Assembly (NCBI GenBank): GCA_021847305.1
Contig: JAJZTZ010000001.1
Location: 1 to 58,104, forward strand
Source: Pseudomonadota bacterium
GTDB lineage: Bacteria; Pseudomonadota; Gammaproteobacteria; Burkholderiales; JAJZQI01
Direction: 5' to 3'
DNA: 58,104 nucleotides
The notes beneath the pieces are model-generated. The model had not been told where the DNA came from. It saw only the letters and a list, made by a program, of their open reading frames with translations, and did not search any database. This document shows, in pieces, positions 34,668-45,977 of the stretch. Positions within the stretch are counted from its first letter, which is position 1, and each line of letters begins with the position of its first letter. The translations under genes and the position numbers were made by a program.

Positions 34668-35852
34668 ATGCCGGGGTTGCCGCACTCAAGCAATGTAAAA
34701 TCTTCCTTACCCTGTCTGGCAGCCAGGGCCAAGAAGTGTGGCATTACCCTGAGCGAATCCCAATTGACTGCGGCAGGCGAGCTGCGCAGGCTGCAGGAGC
34801 TGTTGCAGCAGCCAACTTTCACCAGCCATTTCCGCTTCATGCGCCGTCTATGGCGCTCCCAGCCCGTCCGTGGCGTGTACCTGTGGGGCGGAGTGGGGCG
34901 TGGCAAAAGTTTTCTGATGGACAGCTTTTTTGCCTGCGTCGAATCACCACACAAAAAACGCGCCCATTTTCACCGCTTCATGCAGGAAATTCATGGCCGG
35001 CTGGAGCGGTTGAAGGGAAAACCCAACCCCCTGCGACTCATTGCGCGTGAAATCGCCGACCACGTTCGTCTGCTTTGTCTGGACGAATTTCATATTACCG
35101 ATATTGCCGATGCCATGTTGATGAAAGGGTTGCTGCAGGGCCTGCTGGACGAGGGAGTAGCCATTGTGGTGACCTCGAACGCGCACCCTGCTTCGCTCTA
35201 TCGCAATGGCTTGCAGCGCAGTCAGTTTCTGCCGACCATCGATTTGCTGGAAAAAAATATGGCAATCATCCATTTCGATGGGGATGAGGACTACAGAATG
35301 CGCAACATTGCCCGGGCAGGCGTTTACCACAGTCCAGTCGATGAAGCATCTGAAGGCGTTCTGGCCGAGCTTTTTAATGATCTTGCCAGAGGCGAAGTGA
35401 AAGAAAGCGGGACACTTGTTGTGGCAGGGCGCCCGATCCCTGTGCGAGGCCATGCCGACGGTCTGGTCTGGTTCAATTTCAAGGAATTGTGCGGTGGACC
35501 CCGTAATCAGGCGGATTACATTGAGCTGGCCAAACGTTTCCATACCATTTTGTTGTCCGGCATTCCGCAATTTGACGCTGGGCTGGAAACCGAGGCGCGC
35601 CGGTTTTTGTGGCTTGTCGATGTGCTGTATGACCACCGGGTACGGCTGGTTCTGACGGCTGCCGCGCCTTTGGCAAGCCTTGCGCCTGCCGGGCTGTTGC
35701 ACGGTGAATTTGAGCGAATCTTGAGCCGGCTGACGGAAATGCAGACGCATGCTTATCTGGCGCAGCCGCATCTGCCTGAACTACCGGCAGAAAAAACCCC
35801 CGGTCAAAGGGGAGAGAAACCGGGGGTTAAAAAAAGCCCTAATAAGGATTAA
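34668..35852 (+). CDS. zapE: AFG1-like ATPase ZapE
   Basis: 394 aa with Walker A GGVGRGKSFLMD and Walker B LLCLDEF. Confidence 0.85.
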   Translation: MPGLPHSSNVKSSLPCLAARAKKCGITLSESQLTAAGELRRLQELLQQPTFTSHFRFMRRLWRSQPVRGVYLWGGVGRGKSFLMDSFFACVESPHKKRAHFHRFMQEIHGRLERLKGKPNPLRLIAREIADHVRLLCLDEFHITDIADAMLMKGLLQGLLDEGVAIVVTSNAHPASLYRNGLQRSQFLPTIDLLEKNMAIIHFDGDEDYRMRNIARAGVYHSPVDEASEGVLAELFNDLARGEVKESGTLVVAGRPIPVRGHADGLVWFNFKELCGGPRNQADYIELAKRFHTILLSGIPQFDAGLETEARRFLWLVDVLYDHRVRLVLTAAAPLASLAPAGLLHGEFERILSRLTEMQTHAYLAQPHLPELPAEKTPGQRGEKPGVKKSPNKD

Positions 35853-35926
35853 GGCGCCCGCTCAGGGAGGAGAAGCGGGAGGCAGTCTCGCAACCACCTA
35901 CTCTTAAGATAGCAAATTAAATTTGA

Positions 35927-36991
<1,065 letters not shown>

Positions 36992-36997
36992 TGCTGT

Positions 36998-37771
36998 TCA
37001 GTGCCCGTGCTCTACCAACAGAGCCCGCCTTTCCCGCTCCAGTTTATTGATGTAGCGCTGGATCATGGCCTGGCTGTTGGCCGGCAGATCGATGAACTGG
37101 AAGCCGTAGCGCTTGGTGCGTGCGCCATTGCGCAATACCAGGTCAAACATGTTGCGCAGCTCCATGTCGCTGATAATGGGGCCGATTTCAGGCAGCACGA
37201 GCCGGCAGTTGTGAAAGATCAGTCCGGTGGAGAACTCCACTTCCGCCGGTAAGTTGGTCAGCCCTGCCCCGCCCACGCTGATATCCAGCAAAGTACCTTG
37301 CAAATGCCCCAGTTGCGGATGGTTGAGGGTGATGGCCAAGGGTTTGCCGCGCGGCGTCTCCACTCGGTAATAATCCCTGCGTTGCAGTTTCAGCAAGGTT
37401 TGCGGCATGGCGATGCGCAGGGCGTGCCCCTGCTGATACGGAACCTTTTGCGCGGCGTTGGCAGCAAACTGGATGCGTATCCTGTCTTGCCGCGTGGCAA
37501 AAATGATGTGATGACTGGCGCAGATCGCCTGATTGACCGCTTCGTTTGCATTGGTGTCGAGGTAAACCGCGCCCGCCGCATTGTCTACCCCAATGATGGA
37601 CGTAAGCAGCATGTCCTTCCCGCCATTGAAGTGGGCCGTCAGCAGGCACTTCTTGGTCATCAGGCTGCGCAGAAGATAGACGATCTCGGTCGGCGAATGC
37701 AGCAGAAACTTGCTGTAATCCTCGATGTTGACCGCGTCAGTTCTGTGTTCTGTTGCGTGATCAATTGGCAT
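36998..37771 (-). CDS. YcgR-like c-di-GMP-binding protein (PilZN + PilZ)
   Basis: 257 aa with the PilZ motifs RRDYYR (RxxxR) and DISVGG (D/NxSxxG). Confidence 0.82.
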   Translation of the reverse strand: MPIDHATEHRTDAVNIEDYSKFLLHSPTEIVYLLRSLMTKKCLLTAHFNGGKDMLLTSIIGVDNAAGAVYLDTNANEAVNQAICASHHIIFATRQDRIRIQFAANAAQKVPYQQGHALRIAMPQTLLKLQRRDYYRVETPRGKPLAITLNHPQLGHLQGTLLDISVGGAGLTNLPAEVEFSTGLIFHNCRLVLPEIGPIISDMELRNMFDLVLRNGARTKRYGFQFIDLPANSQAMIQRYINKLERERRALLVEHGH

Positions 37772-37819
37772 GTGGGATCAGTGCGGGTTGGGTCGGCACA
37801 TTCTCGCCCAAAGTGCCGC

Positions 37820-38431
37820 TCAAGCCAAGTCGTTCAGCAACAGCTCGAGCTGCCTGAGGGTTGCGCGTTCCATGATGCCTCCGTCGACCGGGCTGCGTAA
37901 CGCCAGGCGCTGCTGCTGTGGGGTGAATAGGGCACATTCGACTGGAATGTTTTCGCACTGCAGGGTCAGGGTGGGAATGGTCAAGGTGCGTTCGCCGCTG
38001 CGGAAACGTTTCTCGCCGTGCTCAAAAGTCATGTTCTTGTTGAGCAGGTCAAGCTCCACCGCTTTGCTGTCTTCGGCAAAAAGATGCAGGTTGATGTTGG
38101 CGTAGGGACCGGCTGTTCCGCTCAGTACTGAGCCGGTTAACAGGGGAGAATACTTCTCCAGCCGGCGCATCGCGTCAGCTGCAATTCTGCGCAGCTCGGC
38201 GACATGTTCTTGTTGCTGTTCGCCCAGATACAGCTGCTGATAGCTGCGCAAAGCCGCTTCGATCTGTTCGTTGGTCGGCAGGCAGTGCGTGTCGGTCGCC
38301 CCCAACTGGCGTGCCGCCTTGCGCTTGGCCGTGGCGAAATCGCTGGCGCCCTCCGCCATGAAGCGCGCCGCAGTCTGCGCGATCAACTCGCGCATTTGCT
38401 GTTGGTGACGTGGGCCGCTATTGCGAGACAT
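37820..38431 (-). CDS. Hypothetical protein (203 aa) downstream of mrcA
   Basis: The ATG at 38431 lies 17 nt after the mrcA stop. MSRNSGPRHQQQMRELIAQTAARFMAEG... has no motif I can name. The upstream 43 codons of the track ORF overlap mrcA. Confidence 0.6.
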   Translation of the reverse strand: MSRNSGPRHQQQMRELIAQTAARFMAEGASDFATAKRKAARQLGATDTHCLPTNEQIEAALRSYQQLYLGEQQQEHVAELRRIAADAMRRLEKYSPLLTGSVLSGTAGPYANINLHLFAEDSKAVELDLLNKNMTFEHGEKRFRSGERTLTIPTLTLQCENIPVECALFTPQQQRLALRSPVDGGIMERATLRQLELLLNDLA

Positions 38432-38447
38432 GTTGAATTTCGTGAGG

Positions 38448-40766
38448 TCAGAAAATCTGGTCCTGCACCGTTTCCTCGGTCGCCGGAGCGCTGGCGGCCT
38501 GCCCGGTTTCCGGCGGCTGCGCTTCCTGATAGAAATATTCCGGCACAGCGTCGCCGCCACTGCTGCGTGTGCCGGTGGTCGGGTCTATATTGACCGTTAC
38601 AACACCGTCCGGCAGGGGCAATTGGCTTGGCGGCGAATTTTTGATGGTCTTGTCCATGTAGTCGATCCAGATCGGCAAGGCGGCATGACCGCCGGTTTCG
38701 CTGCCGCCGAGAGAACGCGGCTGGTCATAGCCCATCCAGGCTATACCCACTACTTTGCGCGGCTGGAAGCCGCAGAACCAGGCGTCGAATTGGTCGTTGG
38801 TGGTACCGGTCTTGCCGGCAATGTCGTCGCGCCCGAGCGACAATGCTTTCATGGCTGTGCCGTGCCGGATCACGTCCTGCATCATGCTGGTCATGATGTA
38901 GGCATTGCGCGGGTCGATGATTTGTTTCGCTCCGGCGCCCGCCGTCTGCGGTTTCGCGGCGGCAATGATATGGCCTCGCGCATCGGTAATCCGGTCAATG
39001 AAGAACGGGTACACGCGGTAGCCGCCATTGGCAAAGGTCGAGTAGGCCGCCGCCATCTGGTACGGCGTAACGGAGCCTGCGCCCAGCGCCATCGTCAGGT
39101 AGGGCGGCTGACGGGCCGGATCGAAGCCGAAGCGGGCCGCATATTCCTGGGCGTAAGCCGGTGTAATGGCCTGCAGAATGCGGATGGAAACCAGGTTCTT
39201 CGATTTGGTCAGCGCCTTGCGCATACGGATCGGGCCGTCGAATTTGCCGTCAAAGTTTTTCGGTTCCCACTGCTTGTTGCCGGTTTCCGCCGGGTCGATC
39301 ACCAGCGGCGCATCGTTGATGATGCTGGCGGCGGTAAAGCCTTTGTCCAGCGCCGCGGAATAGATGAAAGGCTTGAAGCTCGAGCCGGGCTGGCGCCAGG
39401 CCTGGGTTACGTGATTGTACTTGTTGCGGTTGAAATCGAAGCCGCCTACCAGCGAGTAGATGGCGCCGTTCATCGGATTGACGGACAGGAACGCGGCTTC
39501 CACTTCCGGCAATTGCAGAACCTGCCATTCATGTTTGCTGTTTTGGGCCAGCCGGATCAGGCTGCCGCGGCGGATACGCCGGTCTTCGGCCGTTTTGTTG
39601 TCGAGGAAGCGCTGAATGTATTTGATGCTGTCGGCCGGCAGGCTGATCTGTTTGTCCTGTCCGATGTAAGCGGTGACCTGCCTGGGGCCGGCGGATGTCA
39701 CAACGGCCGGAAGCAGATGCCCCAGCTCCGGCAGGTTATCCAGCGCTTCGTCCATCTTGTCGCGCGCCAGGCCGGCGTCGTCCGGCAGTTGCAGGAAACC
39801 TTCCGGGCCGCGATAAGCATGGCGTCGCTCGAAATCCAGTATGCCCTTGTCAACCGCTGCGACAGCGGCATTCTGGTCCTTGCTGCGCAAGGTGGTGTAG
39901 ACCCGGAAGCCGCTGGTATAGGCGGCATCCTGATAACGGTCATACATATATTGGCGTACCATTTCCGCCACATAGTCGGCGTTCACGTCATAATGAGTTG
40001 CGCTGTGCATGACCTTAAGCGGTTCCTGCAAGGCGGCCTGATACTGCTCGGGCGTAATGGCGCGGACTTCCAGCATGCGGCGCAGTACATAGTGTTGGCG
40101 TAACTGCGCCCGCTTCGGGTTGGCGACCGGATTGTAGCGGGATGGCGCTTTGGGTAGACCGGCCAGCATGGCCGCCTCGGCAACGCTGATGTTCTGCAGC
40201 GGTTTGCCGAAGTAGGTTTGAGCGGCGGCGGCGAAGCCGTAGGCGCGTTCGCCGAGATAAATTTGGTTGATATACAGCTCAAGAATCTGGTCTTTGGTGA
40301 GATTCTTTTCTATTTTGAGAGAGAGCAGCATCTCCGAGACCTTGCGGGTCATGGTTTTTTCGCGCGACAGGAAGAAGTTGCGCGCGACCTGCATGGTAAT
40401 GGTGGAAGCGCCTTCCTTTGCGCCGCCGCTGCTCAGATTGGCCAGTGCCGCGCGCAAAATGCCCATGTAGTCGACGCCGCCGTGCTGGTAGAAGCGTTCG
40501 TCCTCGGCAGCCAGAATGGCTTGCTTCATGACGTCGGGGACATCCTGGATTTTTGTCAGGGCGCGGCGCTCTTCACCGAATTCGCCAAGCAGCTTGCCGT
40601 CGGCGGTGAAAATCCGCAGGGGAATCTTGGGGCGGTAGTCCGTCAGGCTGTCCAGCGACGGCAGTTGCGGGTAGATCATGATGGCCGTCAGGGCCGCAAT
40701 GGCGGCAACAAGTCCGGCTGCACTGATTGCCGCGGCGAGAAGGTAATGCCACCAACGCTTGAACAT
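38448..40766 (-). CDS. mrcA: Penicillin-binding protein 1A (bifunctional transglycosylase/transpeptidase)
   Basis: 772 aa with GT51 motifs EDERFYQHGGVD and GASTITMQ and transpeptidase motifs SSFKP and KTGTTND. Divergent from pilM. Confidence 0.95.
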   Translation of the reverse strand: MFKRWWHYLLAAAISAAGLVAAIAALTAIMIYPQLPSLDSLTDYRPKIPLRIFTADGKLLGEFGEERRALTKIQDVPDVMKQAILAAEDERFYQHGGVDYMGILRAALANLSSGGAKEGASTITMQVARNFFLSREKTMTRKVSEMLLSLKIEKNLTKDQILELYINQIYLGERAYGFAAAAQTYFGKPLQNISVAEAAMLAGLPKAPSRYNPVANPKRAQLRQHYVLRRMLEVRAITPEQYQAALQEPLKVMHSATHYDVNADYVAEMVRQYMYDRYQDAAYTSGFRVYTTLRSKDQNAAVAAVDKGILDFERRHAYRGPEGFLQLPDDAGLARDKMDEALDNLPELGHLLPAVVTSAGPRQVTAYIGQDKQISLPADSIKYIQRFLDNKTAEDRRIRRGSLIRLAQNSKHEWQVLQLPEVEAAFLSVNPMNGAIYSLVGGFDFNRNKYNHVTQAWRQPGSSFKPFIYSAALDKGFTAASIINDAPLVIDPAETGNKQWEPKNFDGKFDGPIRMRKALTKSKNLVSIRILQAITPAYAQEYAARFGFDPARQPPYLTMALGAGSVTPYQMAAAYSTFANGGYRVYPFFIDRITDARGHIIAAAKPQTAGAGAKQIIDPRNAYIMTSMMQDVIRHGTAMKALSLGRDDIAGKTGTTNDQFDAWFCGFQPRKVVGIAWMGYDQPRSLGGSETGGHAALPIWIDYMDKTIKNSPPSQLPLPDGVVTVNIDPTTGTRSSGGDAVPEYFYQEAQPPETGQAASAPATEETVQDQIF

Positions 40767-40950
40767 GGAATTATCTGTATCTGGACACTAAAGTTTCGGC
40801 CATTATAGGCGTAATTGAATCGAAACAGAATGCAGATACACTTGCAAAATCAAAAAAATCTTTACTTGCTAAATGCTTGTTGCTAGCATTTAATGTAAAT
40901 TATACTTAAATGAGCCTGGCACCATCGGCCTAAAGGAAGGGGAACAATCC

Positions 40951-42024
40951 TTGCAGTTCGATTTCTTGTCGCCCAAATTGCCGCCCCTGATCGGGGTGGA
41001 TATCAGCGCATCCTCGGTAAAACTGGTCGAGTTGAGCGAGGCCGGTAAGAACCAGTACAGGGTCGAGCGTTATGTTATTGAGCCGCTTCCCAAGGACATG
41101 GTGACCGATGGAAACATTACCAACGTCGAGGCTGTGGCCGAGGTGGTCGAGGCCGGCTGGAAGAAACTCGGCACACGCATCAAGCAGATCGCTCTTGCTT
41201 TGCCGCATGCGGCCGTGATTCAGAAAAAGATCATTTTGCCTGCCGGCTTGACCGAGCTGGACATGGAACAGCAGGTTGAGGCGGAAGCCAACCAGTACAT
41301 TCCTTTCTCGCTGGACGAGGTAAATCTGGATTTCCAGGTGCTCGGACCCTCGCCCAATTCGACGGAAGACGTCGAGGTGCTGTTGGCGGCATCGCGTAAA
41401 GAGAAGGTCGAAGAGCGCGTGGCGGTGGTCGAGGCGGCAGGTTTGAAGCCGCAGGTCATGGATGTCGAATCGAACGCCACCCAGACGGCCTTTGAACTCA
41501 TTGCGCACCAACTGCCCAATAATGCCCGCGACCAGGCTGTGGCGATCGTCGACATCGGTGCCAATGCCATGCGCATCAACGTGTTCCTCAACAATCAATC
41601 GATCTATTTCCGCGAACAGAATTTCGGCGGCAATCAGCTGACCCAGGATATCCAGCGCCGCTTCAATCTGTCGGCGGAAGAGGCTGAAGCCGGCAAGCGT
41701 AACGGCGGGTTGCCGGAGGCCTACGAAAGTGAAGTGCTGCAACCGTTCATGGATGCGCTGGGCCAGGAAGTTTCACGGGCTTTGCAATTCTTCTTTTCCT
41801 CCACACAGTTCAGTCGCGTCGACCATATTCTGTTGGCCGGGGGCTGTGCCATGATTCCCGGGCTGGACGAGACCGTCTCCAACCGTACTCAGGTCAGTAC
41901 CATGATCGCCAATCCGTTTGTAAGCATGGCGCTTTCGTCCAAAGTGAAGGCGCGTCAACTGGCGATGGATGCGCCGGCTCTGTTGGTCGCCTGTGGACTT
42001 GCCATGCGGAGGTTTGACGAATGA
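40951..42024 (+). CDS. pilM: Type IV pilus assembly protein PilM
   Basis: 357 aa, actin-like ATPase fold, LIGVDISASSVKLVEL. TTG start after AAGGAAGGGG. Confidence 0.92.
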   Translation: MQFDFLSPKLPPLIGVDISASSVKLVELSEAGKNQYRVERYVIEPLPKDMVTDGNITNVEAVAEVVEAGWKKLGTRIKQIALALPHAAVIQKKIILPAGLTELDMEQQVEAEANQYIPFSLDEVNLDFQVLGPSPNSTEDVEVLLAASRKEKVEERVAVVEAAGLKPQVMDVESNATQTAFELIAHQLPNNARDQAVAIVDIGANAMRINVFLNNQSIYFREQNFGGNQLTQDIQRRFNLSAEEAEAGKRNGGLPEAYESEVLQPFMDALGQEVSRALQFFFSSTQFSRVDHILLAGGCAMIPGLDETVSNRTQVSTMIANPFVSMALSSKVKARQLAMDAPALLVACGLAMRRFDE

Positions 42025-42608
42025 TACGCATCAACCTTTTACCGCACCGCGAGCTCAAGCGCGCCGCGCGCCAGCGAGTGTTCAATATTCTGGCGGGCGC
42101 CGTGTTTGCCGCTGCCGTGGTGATTGTGCTGATCGTGCATGTGTTCATTCAGAGCAAAATCGATCTGCAGAACGACCGCAACAATTACCTGAATGACGAA
42201 ATCGCCAAGCTGGATAAGCAGATCCAGGAAATCAACAAGCTCAAAGAACAGAAAGCCGTCATGCTGGCGCGCAAGCAGGTGGTGGAACAGCTTGAAAGCA
42301 ATCGTTCCGAAGTGGTGCGCCTGTTTGACCAGATGGTTCGGCAGTTGCCCGATGGCATGTACCTGAGCGGGATTGAGCAGCATGGCGCAAAAATCACCCT
42401 GAAAGGGTATGCGCAATCGAGTGCGCGCGTATCCACATTGATGCGCAATCTGGATGCGTCTCCCTGGCTGGAGAATGCATCCCTGATCGAGATCAAGGCG
42501 GCCAACGTGAATAACACTCGGCTCAATGAATTTGCAATGACAGTCGACATGAAGCGTCCGCAGTTGACGCAGGATGACGGCAAACAGTCGAAAGGTGCCA
42601 AGTCATGA
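42021..42608 (+). CDS. pilN: Type IV pilus assembly protein PilN
   Basis: MIRINLLPHRE..., single TM plus coiled coil. ATGA overlap with pilM. Confidence 0.92.
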   Translation: MIRINLLPHRELKRAARQRVFNILAGAVFAAAVVIVLIVHVFIQSKIDLQNDRNNYLNDEIAKLDKQIQEINKLKEQKAVMLARKQVVEQLESNRSEVVRLFDQMVRQLPDGMYLSGIEQHGAKITLKGYAQSSARVSTLMRNLDASPWLENASLIEIKAANVNNTRLNEFAMTVDMKRPQLTQDDGKQSKGAKS

Positions 42609-43234
42609 CACTAGACGATATCAATAAGCTCGATTTTAAAAATATCGGTAGTTGGCCCCTGATTGCCCGAGCTGTTCTGCTTGCCGTTGTTTTCGTGGTG
42701 GTGTTGGCGGCCGCGTACTGGTTTGACTGGAGCGATCAGATCGATACCTTGCAGACTGCAAGGCAGCAGGAGGCGCAGGAAAAAGAAACCTTCCTCAATA
42801 AAAAGCGGCAGGCCATCAATCTCGATACCTACAAGCAGCAGCTCAAGGAAATTGAGCAGTCGTTCGGCGCCTTGCTGAAGCAGCTGCCCAATAAATCCGA
42901 AATGGATGCGCTGATCACGGATATCAACCAGGCTGGTCTTGGGCGTGGACTGGAGTTCGATCTGTTCAAGCCGGCTGATCATGAGAATATGAGCGAATTT
43001 TACGCCGAGTTGCCGATTTCCATTAAAGTCAGCGGCGCTTACCATGATCTGGCTGCGTTTGCCAGCGATGTGTCGCAATTGTCCCGTATCGTGACGCTGA
43101 ACGATATCAGGCTTACGCCCAACAAGGATGGCAACTTGACCATGGATGCAACGGCCAAGACCTATCGCTATCTGGACGAAGACGAGATCGCTTCGCAGAA
43201 GAAAAGCGAAAAAGACAGGAAAGGAGGCAATTAA
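42605..43234 (+). CDS. pilO: Type IV pilus assembly protein PilO
   Basis: 209 aa, single TM plus coiled coil. Overlaps the pilN stop. Confidence 0.9.
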   Translation: MTLDDINKLDFKNIGSWPLIARAVLLAVVFVVVLAAAYWFDWSDQIDTLQTARQQEAQEKETFLNKKRQAINLDTYKQQLKEIEQSFGALLKQLPNKSEMDALITDINQAGLGRGLEFDLFKPADHENMSEFYAELPISIKVSGAYHDLAAFASDVSQLSRIVTLNDIRLTPNKDGNLTMDATAKTYRYLDEDEIASQKKSEKDRKGGN

Positions 43235-43732
43235 ATGAGACGCCTGCTTATATTGTCACTCGTTATTGCTCTGGCCGGTTGTGGCGGCAGCGGGTTGGAA
43301 GATCTGCAACAGTTTGTGCAGGAGTCCGGCAAGGACATGCGCGGCAAAGTGGAGCCTTTGCCCGATGTGAAACTGCCGGAGCAGTTTGTCTACAACGCAT
43401 TTGAATTGCCGGATCCGTTCAAGCCGCGCAAGTTGAAATCGGAGGCCGGCAGCGTCCGCCCTGACCAGGAAAACCGGGTGAAGGAAGCGTTGGAGGCCTA
43501 TCCGCTGGAAAACCTCAAGCTGATGGGTATGATGCAGCGAAAAGGGGTGAATTACGCCCTGATACTGGACCCCGATGGCAAGCTGCATTATGTGAAGGCG
43601 GGGAATTATATGGGGCAGAATTTTGGCCTGATCACCAAGATCACTCCCGAGAGCCTGACGCTGAAAGAGATCGTGCCCGATGGTGGGGACTGGGTGGAAA
43701 AAGAAACCGTGCTGTCCATGCCGCAAAGCTAG
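43235..43732 (+). CDS. pilP: Type IV pilus assembly lipoprotein PilP
   Basis: Lipobox LAGC in MRRLLILSLVIALAGCGG. 165 aa. Confidence 0.9.
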   Translation: MRRLLILSLVIALAGCGGSGLEDLQQFVQESGKDMRGKVEPLPDVKLPEQFVYNAFELPDPFKPRKLKSEAGSVRPDQENRVKEALEAYPLENLKLMGMMQRKGVNYALILDPDGKLHYVKAGNYMGQNFGLITKITPESLTLKEIVPDGGDWVEKETVLSMPQS

Positions 43733-43745
43733 GGAGTGAAAGATC

Positions 43746-45911
43746 ATGACAACAATCAAATTGCAAAAGGATGCGGTGATGGGTGTGCAAAGCGGGATCA
43801 AGTGGCTCGCCACGCTGCTATTGGGCCTGATGGCGATGATGGCGGTTATGGCACGGGCGGATGTTGCGCCGGATAGCGGCAACGAAGTGCAGCAAATCCA
43901 GTCGAGCAGCATGCCGGGGGGGGAGATGGTGGTCAAGATTACCATGAAGAGCCCCCTGACCGTTTTGCCGCCCAGTTTTGCAACCAATGTTCCGCCGCGT
44001 ATTGCCCTGGACTTGGCCAACACGATGAATGGCCTGAATAAAAATAATGTGGCCGTGGAAGAGGGGCCGCTGCGCAGCATTAATGTGGTCCAGGCAGGCA
44101 GCCGTACACGCCTGGTGCTGAATTTGAGCAAGGCCGCCAGTTATGAGACCAAGCTGGATGGCAATAATCTGATGATTTCGCTCAAGGCGAGCGACGTGCC
44201 GAATGTGACCAGCACCAGCGGTATGCGTTTTGCAGAAGCAGCGCGACCAGGCCTAACACGTAATGAAATCCAGAATGTGGATTTCCGCCGCGGCAAGGAT
44301 GGCCAGGGCCGCATTATCGTCGATATGACGCAAAACAACACGGCCGTGGACGTTCGTCGTCAAGGCAAGACCTTGGTGGTGGAGTTCCAGAATTCAAAGA
44401 TTCCTTCGGCACTCGAACGTCGCTTGGATGTGATCGATTTCGGCACACCGGTACAAGCGGTAGACGCAGTGAATCAGGGCAACAATGCCCGTCTGGTGAT
44501 TGAGCCGAAAGGGCAGTGGGAGCATTCGGCCTACCAGATCGATAAGCAGTTTGTTGTGGAAGTTAAGCAAGCAGCCGATGACAGCAGCAAATTGGGCAAG
44601 AAGGGATACTCGGGCGAGAAGATTTCCTGGAGTTTCTCTGATCTGCCGATCAAGGACTTCCTCAAGCTCATCGGCGAGGAATTCGGTATCAATATCCTCA
44701 TGAGTGAAAGCGTAACCGGCACGATTTCGCTGAATATCAAGGACGTTCCGGTCGACCAGGCGCTCGATATCGTGCTGCAGAAGAAAGGCTTGTCGACCCG
44801 CAAGACTGGCAACGTGCTGTATGTGGCGCCGACCGACGAATTGCTGACGAAAGAGAAGCTTGAACTGGAAGCGCGTCAGCAGATTTCCGAACTGGAGCCG
44901 CTGCAGACCGAAATGTTCCAGCTGAAGTATGCTCAGGTTGAAACGTTCAAGTCGATCTTTAGCGATGACAAAAACAAGATTCTGTCCAAGCGCGGCAGCG
45001 CCGTGTACGACACGCGCACCAACAGCCTGTTTGTCAACGATACGCCGACCAAGCTGGAGGAGATTCGCAAACTGATCGAGAAGACCGACGTGCCGCAGCG
45101 TCAGGTGATGATCGAAACCCGTATCGTTGAAGCGAACGATAACTTCAGTAAAAACCTGGGCGCACGCTTGGGTATTCATCAGCCCAACGCCAGTGGCGAG
45201 ACCTTTACCAGCAACAGCAACGACCGTGTTGTTTTGGGCGGGTCCCTGGCGGATACGGGGTACCATACCAACCAGTCCTCCACGACGCCGGACTTCCTGA
45301 CGCAGGCAATGAACGTGAACATGCCTGCTGCTGGTCTGGGTGGTTTTAATCCGGGCGCCTTGGCATTGACCTTGTTCCGTGCCGGCGCGGGACGTTTCCT
45401 GAACCTGGAGATTTCCGCTCTTGAGGCGGATGGCAATGGTAAGGTGATTTCCAGCCCACGCGTGGTGACCGCCAACAACGTTGAAGCCACAATCGAACAG
45501 GGTACTGAGATTCCCTATCAGCAGGCCAGCAGTTCGGGCGCTACATCGGTTGCGTTCAAGAAAGCGGTGCTGAGCCTGAAGGTGAAGCCGCAGATTACGC
45601 CGGATGACAACGTGATCATGGATCTGAACGTAACCAAGAACTCGCCGGACTACAGTCGTGTGCTGTTTGGCGCAGTACCGATCAATACCAAGCAGATCAA
45701 CACGCAGGCATTGGTGGAAAACGGCGGTACTGTGGTAATCGGTGGTATTTACACCCAGGATCAGGGTACTACGGTAACTAAAGTGCCGTTGTTCGGCGAC
45801 ATTCCGGTGGTGGGCAATCTGTTCCGCAATAAGGCTTCTACTAACAACAAGACCGAGCTGCTGATTTTCGTGACGCCGAAGATCCTGAAAGAAGATCTGA
45901 ACGTTCGCTAA
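43746..45911 (+). CDS. pilQ: Type IV pilus secretin PilQ
   Basis: 721 aa with a signal peptide, AMIN-like repeats and the secretin C-terminus VPLFGDIPVVGNLFR. Confidence 0.95.
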   Translation: MTTIKLQKDAVMGVQSGIKWLATLLLGLMAMMAVMARADVAPDSGNEVQQIQSSSMPGGEMVVKITMKSPLTVLPPSFATNVPPRIALDLANTMNGLNKNNVAVEEGPLRSINVVQAGSRTRLVLNLSKAASYETKLDGNNLMISLKASDVPNVTSTSGMRFAEAARPGLTRNEIQNVDFRRGKDGQGRIIVDMTQNNTAVDVRRQGKTLVVEFQNSKIPSALERRLDVIDFGTPVQAVDAVNQGNNARLVIEPKGQWEHSAYQIDKQFVVEVKQAADDSSKLGKKGYSGEKISWSFSDLPIKDFLKLIGEEFGINILMSESVTGTISLNIKDVPVDQALDIVLQKKGLSTRKTGNVLYVAPTDELLTKEKLELEARQQISELEPLQTEMFQLKYAQVETFKSIFSDDKNKILSKRGSAVYDTRTNSLFVNDTPTKLEEIRKLIEKTDVPQRQVMIETRIVEANDNFSKNLGARLGIHQPNASGETFTSNSNDRVVLGGSLADTGYHTNQSSTTPDFLTQAMNVNMPAAGLGGFNPGALALTLFRAGAGRFLNLEISALEADGNGKVISSPRVVTANNVEATIEQGTEIPYQQASSSGATSVAFKKAVLSLKVKPQITPDDNVIMDLNVTKNSPDYSRVLFGAVPINTKQINTQALVENGGTVVIGGIYTQDQGTTVTKVPLFGDIPVVGNLFRNKASTNNKTELLIFVTPKILKEDLNVR

Positions 45912-45932
45912 GGCAGTTTGGTGTAAGATACT

Positions 45933-45967
45933 CCGGCAAGGTAGGAATACCTTGCCGGATTTTTTTT
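45933..45967 (+). terminator. Rho-independent terminator after pilQ
   Basis: The stem CCGGCAAGG/CCTTGCCGG has an 8-nt loop and is followed by T8. Confidence 0.8.
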
Positions 45968-45977
45968 GATGGTATCT

